64,000 nucleotides of DNA from Actinomycetes bacterium (GCA_021846515.1 JAJZWU010000008.1:20729-84728), one strand, 5' to 3'; positions 47,501 through 55,426 are shown, counted from the stretch's first letter. The notes: generated by a model from the sequence alone, not told the origin. Made by a program: numbers and translations.

Positions 47501-47681
47501 CAGATGTGCGGACACCTCTACACTTCCGCCTGGCGCGAATAGCCAACCCTGTACTACTTTTCGTACCTCTCGCTCGCCCAGATATAAGAGCGCCTCCCCC
47601 AGGATCTGTATCTGTTGAGTTCCCTAAAGAGCCATTGTCGCCATTACCGCCATACATAGATAGCCGCTTGTTCGTTCCCAT
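41553..47681 (-). CDS. giant secreted multidomain repeat protein (Cys-pair repeats + FN3 + beta-helix + 2x IPT/TIG + 3x unnamed C-terminal module)
   Basis: An uninterrupted 2042-aa ORF. The probable start is ATG 47468, giving the signal peptide MLCTLGIVSALVPLITALSLITSPVLPAFA. It contains 14 repeats of L-x-SVSCPTTTFCMAVD-x2-GNALSW-x-GS-x-W and an FN3-like segment. It also has autotransporter-associated beta-strand-like repeats (LSGTNSYTGSTTVSSGTLAVANGYALGG) and a poly-Pro hinge. Two IPT/TIG-like domains (ITSISPSTGSTNGGTTVTITG) and three C-terminal modules of about 140 aa follow. I saw no LPXTG or other anchor. Confidence 0.85.
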   Translation of the reverse strand: MGTNKRLSMYGGNGDNGSLGNSTDTDPGGGALISGRARGTKSSTGLAIRARRKCRGVRTSETGGRRFTFLRMLCTLGIVSALVPLITALSLITSPVLPAFAASPPVPGIFSAPVNIDGTNHLSSVSCPTTTFCMAVDNADNALSWNGSTWKTYPGIGPYGLTSVSCPTTTFCMAVDGYGNAYSWTGSTWTGSTIDGTNVLESVSCPTITFCMAVDNFGDALSWTGSAWSKAIIDTNTSGNPIPLTSVSCPTTTFCMAVDGSGNALSWTGSTWSKATPTGDSNTLNSVSCPTTTFCMAVDNADNALSWNGSTWTTYSGVDLYGLTSVSCPTTTFCMAVDGNGNALSWDGFSWSSATSIDGTNHLNSVSCPTASFCMAVDISGNALSWTGSTWSKAIIDTNTSGNSIPLDSVSCPSTTFCMAVDYSGNALSWDGSTWTSATRIDTAPSGSGINLTSVSCPSTTFCMAVDGYGNALSWGGSTWTTWSSIDTNTSGTPIPLTSVSCPTKSFCMAVDSNGNALDWNAGSGGSGSHWASLGNIGTNYLESVSCPTTTFCMAVDGSGHAFSWNSSTGWSGSTSTGDSNSLYSVSCPTTTFCMAVDDAGNALSWTGGSLSSWKTYLGIDTASGSGIPIYSVSCSTTTFCMAVDYSGNALSWDGSAWSKATPTGDSNTLTSVSCPTTFCMAVDGSGNALSFVPPPSPSNVSASFSSSGASAAISWSAPTGLPSSPTYDVTVTDETAGITTMPITTTTSTPSTVSSLTPGHVYRFSVSAVISGGLVSSPAATPLLESPSSGSTGTTVSAVCRWNGGGGTSNEVLSSPSNWMTVSPVSLPSDCGGVGNSGGPPSGSQLVFPSLSSGTNTTVSTSSTSSSSCASSSTSGDITFSSIAFEGGSYDLAGSTTVALTAATSTIAILDQSSGTTTLSAPLTTPNAGQTAVDAGNLTLSCASSLPSGQISTGSGATLEFATGMAVPNSISGSGALLSSPGSSNEVTLSGTNSYTGSTTVSSGTLAVANGYALGGNPSTAGSGGLVTIDSGATLQVGVMNTPVSISNDITFEGGSTLATPSLSSPATSFTLDGTVTLDGIVTIDPQYYTNLYLAGQVTGTGSITTDGPFTTWLSNSSNSYSGGTTVASSGTLVVEASGALGTGLVTDTGSAPIILEGSITMPNAFHLAGTSSICSGILCDGSSSFTPSVPGGADTVSGTVTLTDNTSVSAVTSAILAITGTISGSYNLTTSGNVVVSGDNTHSYTGAATVAEGTLDVTGSIGSSSGLTVEGGATLEGTGTVPGITTSGCSTSSPCTIYPGDAPGVLTSSGVVNLSISGSTLELDLSSTSPSTYSELVANGGNISGANLDITSAASAAYGTTYTILKDTSSSAFSGELSYGGSSLTQGETFSVAGRKFQISYTGGSSGHDVTLTDVTNPPPPPPPAPSITSISPSTGSTNGGTTVTITGDNLSGVAYVYFGSVAATSFNVVSPAEIQAVSPAESASTVNITVTTPGGTSPVTSADQFTYTSSTPTPQPPTVTSITPTSGSTNGGTSVTITGTGFVSGATVKFGSVPATAVTVNSATSIMATSPAESASTVNITVTTPGGTSTISSADQFTYVKPVATITGDAYTAINPARLADTRCSESPAPSYCAAENLPSANANLTSIAAGGTENITVTGVDSIPITATAVVINVTAVNMTANGYLSIYPEGSTSPVVSSLNWTATSAMVTNLVTVPVNTTNGEITIENGGKEGTVYFVVDIEGYYAPPGSTPAGLYNPAAPTRIADTRCSESPLPPNITSSYCASLPSANSPLSTIGAGQTENVTVIGVGGIPTSGVSAVVLNLTAIGHTKSGYLTAYPTGTTKALVSTVNFNEAQTVPNRVIVKVGANGEISIYNNSGNTNFTVDVTGYYTDGASSSQTGSLFNPVTPARILDTRCSELPQPSYCASENLPSSNATLSAIQAGKSITIQVAGEANIPSDATAVVGNLTATGSSGGGYLTIYSGSTAATTSDVNFATGTAVANMVISELNFSGQLNIEASATVNALFDIFGWFGPMTT
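45606..47318 (-). repeat. in-frame tandem array of 14 near-identical units of 117-141 bp inside the giant gene
   Basis: The core GTCCACCGCCATGCAGAAGGTGGTGGTGGGACAGGAGACGGA (plus strand) recurs with few changes throughout. Units encode 39-47 aa each (the last one is truncated to 23 aa). Confidence 0.9.
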
Positions 47682-48031
47682 TTGTTTCCGTTCTTCTTAT
47701 TGTTTGCTCCAAAACCTGCAGCCAATAACAGTTGTCTGTTTCTGGCAATGTTGCGAAGTAATCTGCTACATACAGTACAGCTAATTGCCTGGCTACACAA
47801 TACCGTCACTATAGCGTAGTACAAGCAACACCGCTCAGCAAATCATTGACCCGATCAAGACACAAAATCTACCGCTCTACTGCACATCCGGCATCCGGTG
47901 CGCAGCATCAGTGGCAGTCCCAGCCCTCCTCCCACCACCCTGCAACAGGCACACCGACAGCAAAAAGGCCGTATAATGAACTATATGGACAGCAATCAAT
48001 CTGCCGGCACAATAGCTAAACGGAGCAGTCC

Positions 48032-48388
48032 GTGCTGACACCCCAGGAAAAGGAGTCAAGAGAAGCCGAATTGGCTGAGCTCGTTGACATGATGAGCGTA
48101 GCCATCCAGCAGGACGGAGGAGATTTGGAACTCGTGTCAGCCGATGTAGAAAATGGTGTAGTTAACGTCCGGCTGACTGGAGCATGCAGCTCATGTGCAA
48201 TTTCTTCCGTCACCCTCCAGGGCGGAGTGGAGAGAATACTGAACGAACGGCTGGATTGGGTAACCGAGGTAAAGAGCGGGATAGATGAAGACATTGATCC
48301 TCTTTTAAGTGCCTACCTGGGTAGAGGTAATTACGTGCCACAGTACTCGCCAGATTTACCACAAACTACACGGGCCCCAGCGGACTAA
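48032..48388 (+). CDS. NifU C-terminal-domain (Nfu-like) Fe-S cluster carrier protein
   Basis: 118 aa with QQDGGDLELVSADVENGVVNVRLTGACSSCAISSVTLQGGVERIL (CxxC motif of the NifU-like domain). It has a GTG start. Confidence 0.75.
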   Translation: MLTPQEKESREAELAELVDMMSVAIQQDGGDLELVSADVENGVVNVRLTGACSSCAISSVTLQGGVERILNERLDWVTEVKSGIDEDIDPLLSAYLGRGNYVPQYSPDLPQTTRAPAD

Positions 48389-48577
48389 CCTGCTGCCTCT
48401 TTGGAACGAAGGGCTCATGAACACTAATACAAACTTTATGACATCCTCCCCCGATTAAGGTAACTCTTGCGCTCGCGTCTCGGTCAATTTCGCTTCCAGC
48501 GCTTTCTTGGGGTAATATACATCCATTCCTGAAAAATCTCCAATACCCAATAGTTACTACTTAATAAGACCAGACAG

Positions 48578-49936
48578 ATGAAAGAGCTACAGAGACAACC
48601 ACTCCTGAACACAACCGAGGTACCGGCGATACCGCCTATAGAACTCGATACCACCGGCCACCTGAGAATTGCCCTGCTCGTATATAGAGGGAATCCACTC
48701 TGCGGTGGGCAGGGTGTGTATATAAGGCACCTATCCAGAGAATTGGTCAACCTGGGACATTCTGTAGAAGTATTTTCCGGACAGCCATGGCCTGTTCTGG
48801 ACGATGGAGTCGGTTTCACTCCCGTACCCAGTCTCGATCTGTACCGTGAACCCGACCCCTTCAGGACACCCCATCCATCTGAAATTAAATCCTATCCGGA
48901 TCTGCTGGAGGTACTGACCATGTGGACGGCCGGGTTCCCGGAGCCGCGCACTTTTACACTCAGAGCAAGAAAGATCCTACGAAAGCGAATCGGCATGTAC
49001 GATGTGGTACATGACAACCAGAGCCTGGGGTCTGGTCTGCTGGGTATAGTCAATGATGGTTGGCCGTTGCTTACCACCTTTCACCACCCAATTACCGTAG
49101 ATCGCGATCTGGCCATCAGCCACGCAGAGAGTAGATGGCAAAAAATATCCACACGACGATGGTACGGGTTTTTACAGATGCAAGCAAGAGTAGCCCGGCG
49201 GCTCCCCCGTATCATTACAGTATCAGAATCATCGAAACGTGATATTGCTGTGCAAATGGGAGTGCCGGCAGAGAAGATGAGAGTGGTTCCGGTAGGAGTG
49301 GACGATGAGGTATTCCATCCCATACCAAATGTAAGGCGTGCACCCGGCAGGATCATGGCTACATCATCCAGCGACGTTCCCATGAAAGGCATAGTACCGC
49401 TCCTTGAGGCTGTTGCAAAGATACTAACCGAACGTGATGTGGAGTTGGTACTGGTGGGCAAGCCAAAGGAGGGTGGCAGGGTAGCAAAGACAATAGAGAG
49501 GCTGAACTTGGGATCGGTAGTTCGGTGCGTCAGTGGCATCAGCGATCAGGAACTCGCCAAACTTTACTCGGAAGCAACAGTCGGCGTTGTGCCGTCTCTG
49601 TATGAAGGCTTTTCCCTGCCGGCCATCGAGGCAATGGCCTGTGGCGTGCCATTGGTTGCAACCACCGGTGGAGCCATACCGGAAGTAGTTGGCCGTGACG
49701 GTGAGACTGGGTTGCTGGTAAGGCCGGGCTCGCCGGATGAACTGGCCTCGGCAATAAACAAGATATTCGACAATCAGGAATTGGCAACCAGGCTGGGCGA
49801 TGCCGGCCGTAAACGCGTACTGTCCAGATTTACCTGGCAAAAGACAGCACAGCTCACATCTGAACAGTACTATGAGCTGATTGAGGAGAAAAAACGAACC
49901 GGCAAAGGACGTACCGGCTACCTTGCTAACCGTTAA
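48578..49936 (+). CDS. glycosyltransferase family 4
   Basis: The N-terminal block is GGQGVYIRHLSRELVNLGHSVEVFSG and the C-terminal GT-B block is PSLYEGFSLPAIEAMACGVPLVATTGGAIPEVV. Confidence 0.85.
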   Translation: MKELQRQPLLNTTEVPAIPPIELDTTGHLRIALLVYRGNPLCGGQGVYIRHLSRELVNLGHSVEVFSGQPWPVLDDGVGFTPVPSLDLYREPDPFRTPHPSEIKSYPDLLEVLTMWTAGFPEPRTFTLRARKILRKRIGMYDVVHDNQSLGSGLLGIVNDGWPLLTTFHHPITVDRDLAISHAESRWQKISTRRWYGFLQMQARVARRLPRIITVSESSKRDIAVQMGVPAEKMRVVPVGVDDEVFHPIPNVRRAPGRIMATSSSDVPMKGIVPLLEAVAKILTERDVELVLVGKPKEGGRVAKTIERLNLGSVVRCVSGISDQELAKLYSEATVGVVPSLYEGFSLPAIEAMACGVPLVATTGGAIPEVVGRDGETGLLVRPGSPDELASAINKIFDNQELATRLGDAGRKRVLSRFTWQKTAQLTSEQYYELIEEKKRTGKGRTGYLANR

Positions 49937-50636
49937 TTACTCTATACTAAATCTCGCTCCGGGAAATGTCATTCTTGACCTGGGATGCGGTGGAGGGCGT
50001 CACACCTTTGAAGCACTTAAAAAAGGAGCATCGGTAATATCACTCGATGCAGACGAACAAGTTCTAAAACCGGTCGTAAACATGGTAAGAGCCATGCGCC
50101 ACGAGGGAGAGATAGTTCAAGATACAGGCTACGGCGCCATCAATGGCAACGCATTGAGCCTCCCTTTCCGCGATGGGACCTTCAATCAAATCATAGCCTC
50201 AGAGGTACTGGAGCATATCTGGGATGATATGCAGGCCCTACATGAACTGCATAGAGTATTAAAGCCGGGTGGAATGCTGGCTGTAACCGTACCGCGTTTT
50301 GGTCCAGAGCTGATAAATTGGCGGCTTGCCAAGGCTTACCATCGCCAACCCGGCGGACATATTCGTATATATACCAAGTTGGTACTACGCGACAGATTGG
50401 AACGATCCGGTATGCACCAGGTCGCCCATCATTACGCTCACGGGCTACATTCTCCCTACTGGTGGCTACGCTGTATGGTAGGTCCTTCCGATGATAATCA
50501 CAGCCTGGTCAGCGCCTACCATCGCCTGCTGGTATGGGATATCTATAAGCATCCGTGGCCTACTCGCCTGGCAGAAAAACTACTGGCTCCACTTATAGGT
50601 AAAAGTATGGTCGTCTACGCCGTTAAGGACCGCTAA
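49881..50636 (+). CDS. class I SAM-dependent methyltransferase
   Basis: It has VILDLGCGGGRHT (motif I) and LKPGGMLAV. The ORF overlaps the GT4 3' end by 56 nt. An in-frame TTG at 49923 would reduce the overlap to 14 nt. Confidence 0.8.
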   Translation: MRRKNEPAKDVPATLLTVNYSILNLAPGNVILDLGCGGGRHTFEALKKGASVISLDADEQVLKPVVNMVRAMRHEGEIVQDTGYGAINGNALSLPFRDGTFNQIIASEVLEHIWDDMQALHELHRVLKPGGMLAVTVPRFGPELINWRLAKAYHRQPGGHIRIYTKLVLRDRLERSGMHQVAHHYAHGLHSPYWWLRCMVGPSDDNHSLVSAYHRLLVWDIYKHPWPTRLAEKLLAPLIGKSMVVYAVKDR

Positions 50637-50667
50637 CGCCCCGCCCCGCTTCCACTGATAGCCAATC

Positions 50668-51126
50668 CTAAGCTTCGCTACCCTCAGGCAATACCTCAAT
50701 TGTGACCTCGGCAGTAATTCCCGTATAGAGATCTACTGTTACGTTATGGACGCCCAGCGACCTAACGGGGGCGGCAATGGCAATCGTCTTACGATCTACT
50801 TCCGCCCCGATTTGAATACGAACGGCATCACTGACGTCTGCTGCAGTGACAGAGCCAAACAACCGCCCCTCCTTGCCCGACTTGGCATATACCTTTATAG
50901 GAGCCTCCTCAAGCAACTCTTTTACTCTTTGTGCAGCTTCTCTGTCCCTCCCCTCTTTCAGGTCTCTGGCACGCCTCATAACCGCTGCCTGCTCTCTCAT
51001 CTTCTCGGTAGCAACCAACGCAGCTCCGCTCGGTACAAGCAGATTGCGGGCATAGCCATCGGCTACATCCACTATATCTCCCCTTTTCCCGAGACTGTTA
51101 ACGTCATCCCTTAAAAGTACCTTCAT
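50668..51126 (-). CDS. rplI: 50S ribosomal protein L9
   Basis: The product starts [40 protein letters not shown]. It is the last gene of the rpsF operon, and its start overlaps the rpsR stop (ATGA). Confidence 0.9.
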   Translation of the reverse strand: MKVLLRDDVNSLGKRGDIVDVADGYARNLLVPSGAALVATEKMREQAAVMRRARDLKEGRDREAAQRVKELLEEAPIKVYAKSGKEGRLFGSVTAADVSDAVRIQIGAEVDRKTIAIAAPVRSLGVHNVTVDLYTGITAEVTIEVLPEGSEA

Positions 51127-51719
51127 TCTTCAACTACTCCCATATCTTGAACCAATATATCCTGAGTGGATCCCAAGTCACCACCAGATGTATCTTCTTC
51201 GGACTCTCTATCCTGACCGGCAATTACATCCCGGCTTTCCGCTTCATCCCGGATACCCATTGCGACCTCACCCATTTCTTCATACCGGACACCCTCCAAG
51301 ACACTTGGATCTACGATACTTGGGTCCGCAAAATGCATATCCGCCATGTCATCCAAAAGGGCAGCCCCGGAAATATCTATCCCCTCCATAGCCGACATGT
51401 CCAGGTCGTCCGAACGATCCACCTGACGACGGGCTCCCATCCTTTCGGCAGATACCCTCTGGGTATAGGGCAAAAGAGCAAGCTCACGCGCTGTCTTGAT
51501 GGCAACCGCCACATCGCGCTGATGCTGGGCGCAATTACCTGTAATCCTGCGTGCCTTTATCTTGCCTCGCTCGGTAACGTATCTCTTCAAAAAATCTATG
51601 TCCTTGTAATCCACCCAATCTATATCATCTATACAGAGAAGGCAGGGCTTTTTCCTGTATCTGTGCCCGAAGTCCCGTGCTGTTCTGCGGTTGCTTACTT
51701 TTGCTTTTGCTTTTCCCAT
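51123..51719 (-). CDS. rpsR: 30S ribosomal protein S18 with long acidic C-terminal extension
   Basis: The core is [64 protein letters not shown] (aa 20-86 or so). About 110 further residues rich in D/E follow, with no in-frame stop. Confidence 0.85.
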   Translation of the reverse strand: MGKAKAKVSNRRTARDFGHRYRKKPCLLCIDDIDWVDYKDIDFLKRYVTERGKIKARRITGNCAQHQRDVAVAIKTARELALLPYTQRVSAERMGARRQVDRSDDLDMSAMEGIDISGAALLDDMADMHFADPSIVDPSVLEGVRYEEMGEVAMGIRDEAESRDVIAGQDRESEEDTSGGDLGSTQDILVQDMGVVEE

Positions 51720-51721
51720 GA

Positions 51722-52228
51722 TTAAAAAGGCTCCTCATGATCGTCGTAGTGCATTGGCGCACCTTCATCTTCGTAATGATATCTATGCGATTGGGTTTCC
51801 TGGGGATTACGCCTCTGTTGAGTTCCTTCGGCCTGTCCTCTTTCTCTGCCGGATTCCGGCTCCCTCCGGTCGTTCTTGACGACCTGCATAGTTGCCCAGC
51901 GCAAACTGGGACCCAGCTCATCGGCAGTAATTTCTACCTTGTAACGATGCTCGCCATCGGGTGTCTCCCATGATCGCTGATCGAGACGTCCGGTAACAAT
52001 GACACGCGTGCCCTTTGGTAGAGACTCGCTGGCGTTCTCAGCCAATTCCCTCCAGCACACTACATCAAAAAAAGATACGTTTTCTTCCCAATCCTGTGTC
52101 TGGCGATTTTGCCACCTTCTGTTTACCGCCAGGCCAAATGCTGCCTTGGCAATCCCGCTGGGGGTATAGCTGAGTTCCGGGTCTCTGGTTACATTGCCAA
52201 CCAGCACCACAGTGTTACCGTTAGACAC
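51722..52228 (-). CDS. ssb: single-stranded DNA-binding protein
   Basis: The OB-fold block is [33 protein letters not shown] ... [10 protein letters not shown]. It has a Gly/Gln/Arg-rich linker and an acidic tip ending DDHEEPF. Confidence 0.9.
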   Translation of the reverse strand: MSNGNTVVLVGNVTRDPELSYTPSGIAKAAFGLAVNRRWQNRQTQDWEENVSFFDVVCWRELAENASESLPKGTRVIVTGRLDQRSWETPDGEHRYKVEITADELGPSLRWATMQVVKNDRREPESGRERGQAEGTQQRRNPQETQSHRYHYEDEGAPMHYDDHEEPF

Positions 52229-52637
52229 TTAGATCACCCCTCGTTGCGTGCATGCTTGCATGTATGTCATCAGTTGCATGAAGACTGTTTACGTTCGTAG
52301 AAGCTCCAGATGACAATAGCGTCGGCGGGCGTGAAATCCTGTTTTCAGGAACCTTAATTATCCTATGGCGCATTACGCCATCGATAAGAGAGAGCGCATT
52401 TTCCATCTGGGCTACCTGACTCTTATCTACCGTAAAATCAAAAATGACATACACACCTTCGTTATGATGATTTATGCTGTATGCCAGTGCCCTCTTGCCA
52501 AAATTGTCCTTCAACAAAACAGTGGCCTCAAAGGAATGTAAAATCTCATCTATTCTCTTTATAGTATTTTCCAGCGCGGCCGACTCCAATGACGAGTCTA
52601 TTATCACCATTAACTCATATGATTGCTGCATAACCAC
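52221..52637 (-). CDS. rpsF: 30S ribosomal protein S6 (with about 40-aa C-terminal extension)
   Basis: It has YELMVIIDSSL ... FGKRALAYSINHHNEGVYVIFDF ... MRHRIIKV. It is the first gene of the tightly packed rpsF-ssb-rpsR-rplI operon. Confidence 0.85.
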   Translation of the reverse strand: MVMQQSYELMVIIDSSLESAALENTIKRIDEILHSFEATVLLKDNFGKRALAYSINHHNEGVYVIFDFTVDKSQVAQMENALSLIDGVMRHRIIKVPENRISRPPTLLSSGASTNVNSLHATDDIHASMHATRGDLSV

Positions 52638-52766
52638 TATTTCTCCTTAACCTATTCACGTAACATCAACATGCCCCGCCTTACTATAGCACATAGAAAG
52701 ACTACTGTTATATTGTCGAATCTGCTCAGGCATCTTACGGCTGACCTAGACTATAAGTATGTCTGT

Positions 52767-53567
52767 TCAGTTATAAGACTCTTCGTCTGACGGAAAAACT
52801 CCCGCTCTGACGTCTGCCGCCCAATTTGATACTCCTTTTATAGCATCATCAGCCAGGTTGGCATACCTGCGAACAAATTTTGGCACTCTATCGCTCAATC
52901 CAAGCAGATCATGGAAGACGAGCACCTGACCATCACAGTGACTACCCGCACCAATCCCGATAGTGGGGATCGGGATAGCCCGAGTGACCTCTTCGGCAAC
53001 CCTTTTCGGAACTGCTTCCAGTACGATCGCAAAACACCCTGCCGAAGAAAGGCTTTTGGCGTCATCAATAAGCAATTTTGCCGCATCATCATCTTTGGCT
53101 TGTACTTTGTATCCTCCAATGCGGTTTATAGACTGTGGGGTCAATCCAAGATGACCCATTACAGGTATCTCTGCAGACATGAGTGCATCAATGCATCTAA
53201 GCCTGGATTGTCCGCCCTCCAGCTTGACGGCTTCCGCCCCTGCTCTTATCAGTTTGGATGCGTTACGCACTGTATCGGCATCATCGAGATGGTACGAGAG
53301 CCATGGCATATCCGCGACAATAAGAGCGTTCGGCTTTGTACTGGCCACTGCCGCAACATGGGTGACCATCTGCTCCATGGTGACATGAATAGTATCTGGA
53401 TGTCCCAGCACCACCATTGCCATACTGTCGCCTATCAAAATGATATCCACTCCGGCGGAATCTGCAATCCTGGCGCCGGGTGCGTCATAAGCGGTCAACA
53501 TGACGACCGGGGAATCGCCCTGAGCCACCTTGCGTGATTTGATCTCTGGTACTGTGATACGGGCCAT
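52767..53567 (-). CDS. panB: 3-methyl-2-oxobutanoate hydroxymethyltransferase
   Basis: It has MLTAYDAPGARIADSAGVDIILIGDSMAMVVLGH, VKLEGG and PVMGHLGLTPQS. Confidence 0.9.
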   Translation of the reverse strand: MARITVPEIKSRKVAQGDSPVVMLTAYDAPGARIADSAGVDIILIGDSMAMVVLGHPDTIHVTMEQMVTHVAAVASTKPNALIVADMPWLSYHLDDADTVRNASKLIRAGAEAVKLEGGQSRLRCIDALMSAEIPVMGHLGLTPQSINRIGGYKVQAKDDDAAKLLIDDAKSLSSAGCFAIVLEAVPKRVAEEVTRAIPIPTIGIGAGSHCDGQVLVFHDLLGLSDRVPKFVRRYANLADDAIKGVSNWAADVRAGVFPSDEESYN

Positions 53568-53734
53568 ACTATGATTCTATCAGCCTTGGCAGGATCACTC
53601 CGCAACCTCCACACATAACCTTACTGGCCAATACTCGGTCCTTGTAGTGGTGCTACCGTTTGTTTCATTGCAAACCGGGATTGGGTTGCTTACCTGTTGC
53701 GTAGCCTCGGTCTGCATTGACTCGTTAGGCCATT

Positions 53735-54304
53735 CTATATCCAGAAAGTTTTTACAAGGTGATTCCAGCCACAGCTCGGACATACTTCTATCACATAGCA
53801 CGCCAGGTTTCCATTACGCAGACGGGACTTAACTTTCAATATCTCCCTGGAGTCTACGACGCAGCGTCCCCCTGAAGGTAGCCCACTGCCAAATGCATAG
53901 GTTACATAAGATACTCTGGAAACCTCACATACCGGGCAATCTACTACGGAAGAGCCTCTGCCTACATTGCGTGCCGCTCTCAAAAGCTCCGGGTGGGCAT
54001 CGCAAATATCTCTTCTCGATACACGACCCTTCCGGAATTGATCAATCAGAAAGTTGCGGGACAAGCCGTACTCTACGGCTGCCCCGGAAGCATTACTTTT
54101 ACGCTTGGTTCGCCCATTTGCGGCCCTATTGGCTTTTATCCCGCTATCGGTTACAAAGCTGCCAGCATCTGTGAAACTGCCGCCGGTTATGGAACTGCCG
54201 CTCATCTGAATATCTCTCTGTGTAGCAGCTATATCGGATGACACTACATCCCGCATGTCATCCGTGCTCGCTTTGCGGCCTCTGCCCACGTCAGTAGTTT
54301 CCAT
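53735..54304 (-). CDS. DUF5318-like protein
   Basis: The C-terminal 120 aa or so (RRDICDAHPELLRAARNVG ... CPVCE ... CPSCGWNHL) match my recollection of the DUF5318 proteins found beside PadR/ino1 in Actinobacteria. The ORF opens at 54508, but its first 68 codons look non-coding. ATG 54304 is used here and the start is uncertain. Confidence 0.55.
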   Translation of the reverse strand: METTDVGRGRKASTDDMRDVVSSDIAATQRDIQMSGSSITGGSFTDAGSFVTDSGIKANRAANGRTKRKSNASGAAVEYGLSRNFLIDQFRKGRVSRRDICDAHPELLRAARNVGRGSSVVDCPVCEVSRVSYVTYAFGSGLPSGGRCVVDSREILKVKSRLRNGNLACYVIEVCPSCGWNHLVKTFWI

Positions 54305-54696
54305 ATATAAATAGGTTAACCTCTTTCGAAGCGGTTGGCCAGGCATTGTAGTGCCCCGCGAATAATCATGCGTTCTCACCGGCCCGCAAGTGTCCGATGG
54401 ATGGTTGCGTATAAATCTCGATGTAGTCCCCGTTACCGATGGCAAGGTGCTTCGCCACGCCTGTCCACCCAACAATCTCCACCGGACTGTTGCGTACCGG
54501 ACTTCCAAGCAGCGTCGCCACTTCCACTTTATACTTGCACTACCACCACCAGTGCAGCCGGGTGATGACCGCTATGTCTGTGACAAGCACAGTCAAACCC
54601 AGAAGAATAAAGGAGGACTGCCGTAATCCCTGCCGTCCTCCTTGGTCGCTGTCATGACTATATCCTGACCATCCTCCCTCTCGACTTGCATTGTCG

Positions 54697-54708
54697 TCGA
54701 TATATCGA
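54697..54708. promoter_or_regulatory. perfect 12-bp palindrome TCGATATATCGA just upstream of the PadR gene (candidate operator)
   Basis: The palindrome lies 14-25 nt upstream of the probable PadR ATG (54722), in the divergent DUF5318/PadR intergenic region. Confidence 0.3.
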
Positions 54709-54721
54709 TACGATATGGGTA

Positions 54722-55402
54722 ATGCTTGAAATTGCCATACTTGGAGTGCTCGCCGACCGAGACCTGCACGGATACGAAATCCGTAAACTACTGATAGAGG
54801 ATGGCCTCTTGATGAGTCTCTCTTTCGGTACTCTCTATCCGGCGTTGGCGCGGTTGGAGAAGGCGGGGGCAATTAAATCATTCCTGCAGACCCCATCGGT
54901 AGCATCTACCCAGGCTGCCAGCGCTGCAAGCTCTGTTCGTACACCACTCACTGGATCGTTGACCGGCGAAAGGGCCGCTGCAGGAGTTTTCCTTCGTCCT
55001 CCGGCCAGATCCACTCGGAGTAAAAAAGTGTATAAGCTTACCGATTATGGTCGTGAACTCTTTGAGAAACTGCTCAACGACGACAGCGAGGTAGCCGACC
55101 GGCGTTCATTTGATATAAGACTGGCCTTTGCACGCCACCTATCTCCTGCGGCTCGCTTGAAGCTGCTCGAACTCAGAAAATCTCACGTAGCAAGTACCCT
55201 GGAGCGAATAGAGGCAATTTCCAAACAACCCAAAAGAAAACATTGGAAGCAGCGCTACGAGAACCTGGTTATCGAGCACGACATAGAATCCATGCAACAG
55301 GATCTCGCATGGTTGGATAATTTGATTAAAAAAGAGAAAGACGGCTCACAGGCAGCAACCGGCAACGGGCAGCAACCGGCGGAGCCAAGCAGACAGCAAT
55401 AA
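54722..55402 (+). CDS. PadR family transcriptional regulator
   Basis: It has a winged-helix block LEIAILGVLADRDLHGYEIRKLL ... SFGTLYPALARLEKAGAIKS. The ORF opens at TTG 54686, and ATG 54722 is the more likely start. Confidence 0.8.
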   Translation: MLEIAILGVLADRDLHGYEIRKLLIEDGLLMSLSFGTLYPALARLEKAGAIKSFLQTPSVASTQAASAASSVRTPLTGSLTGERAAAGVFLRPPARSTRSKKVYKLTDYGRELFEKLLNDDSEVADRRSFDIRLAFARHLSPAARLKLLELRKSHVASTLERIEAISKQPKRKHWKQRYENLVIEHDIESMQQDLAWLDNLIKKEKDGSQAATGNGQQPAEPSRQQ

Positions 55403-55426
55403 GAATACATAAAGGAGAGTAATTAT

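Noticed and set aside
51147-51725. 192-aa ORF antisense to rpsR. Similar antisense ORFs lie opposite panB (52911-53537), the ABC gene (21306-21911), GH1 (12922-13455) and ALDH (10733-11266).
   Set aside because: Each lies opposite a gene with strong family motifs. None has a plausible RBS context or recognisable domains.
52638-52766. Possible S6:S18-binding leader upstream of rpsF, and a possible ZTP/pfl-type element upstream of panB (53568-53734).
   Set aside because: I could not recognise the conserved cores of either motif by eye. A covariance-model scan would be needed.
54305-54508. N-terminal 68 codons of ORF 53735-54508.
   Set aside because: The composition (MEVRYATVRWRLLGGQAWRSTLPSVTGTTSRF...) looks like translated non-coding DNA, and the recognisable DUF5318-like part is C-terminal. 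I kept a shorter gene model but flag the start as uncertain.
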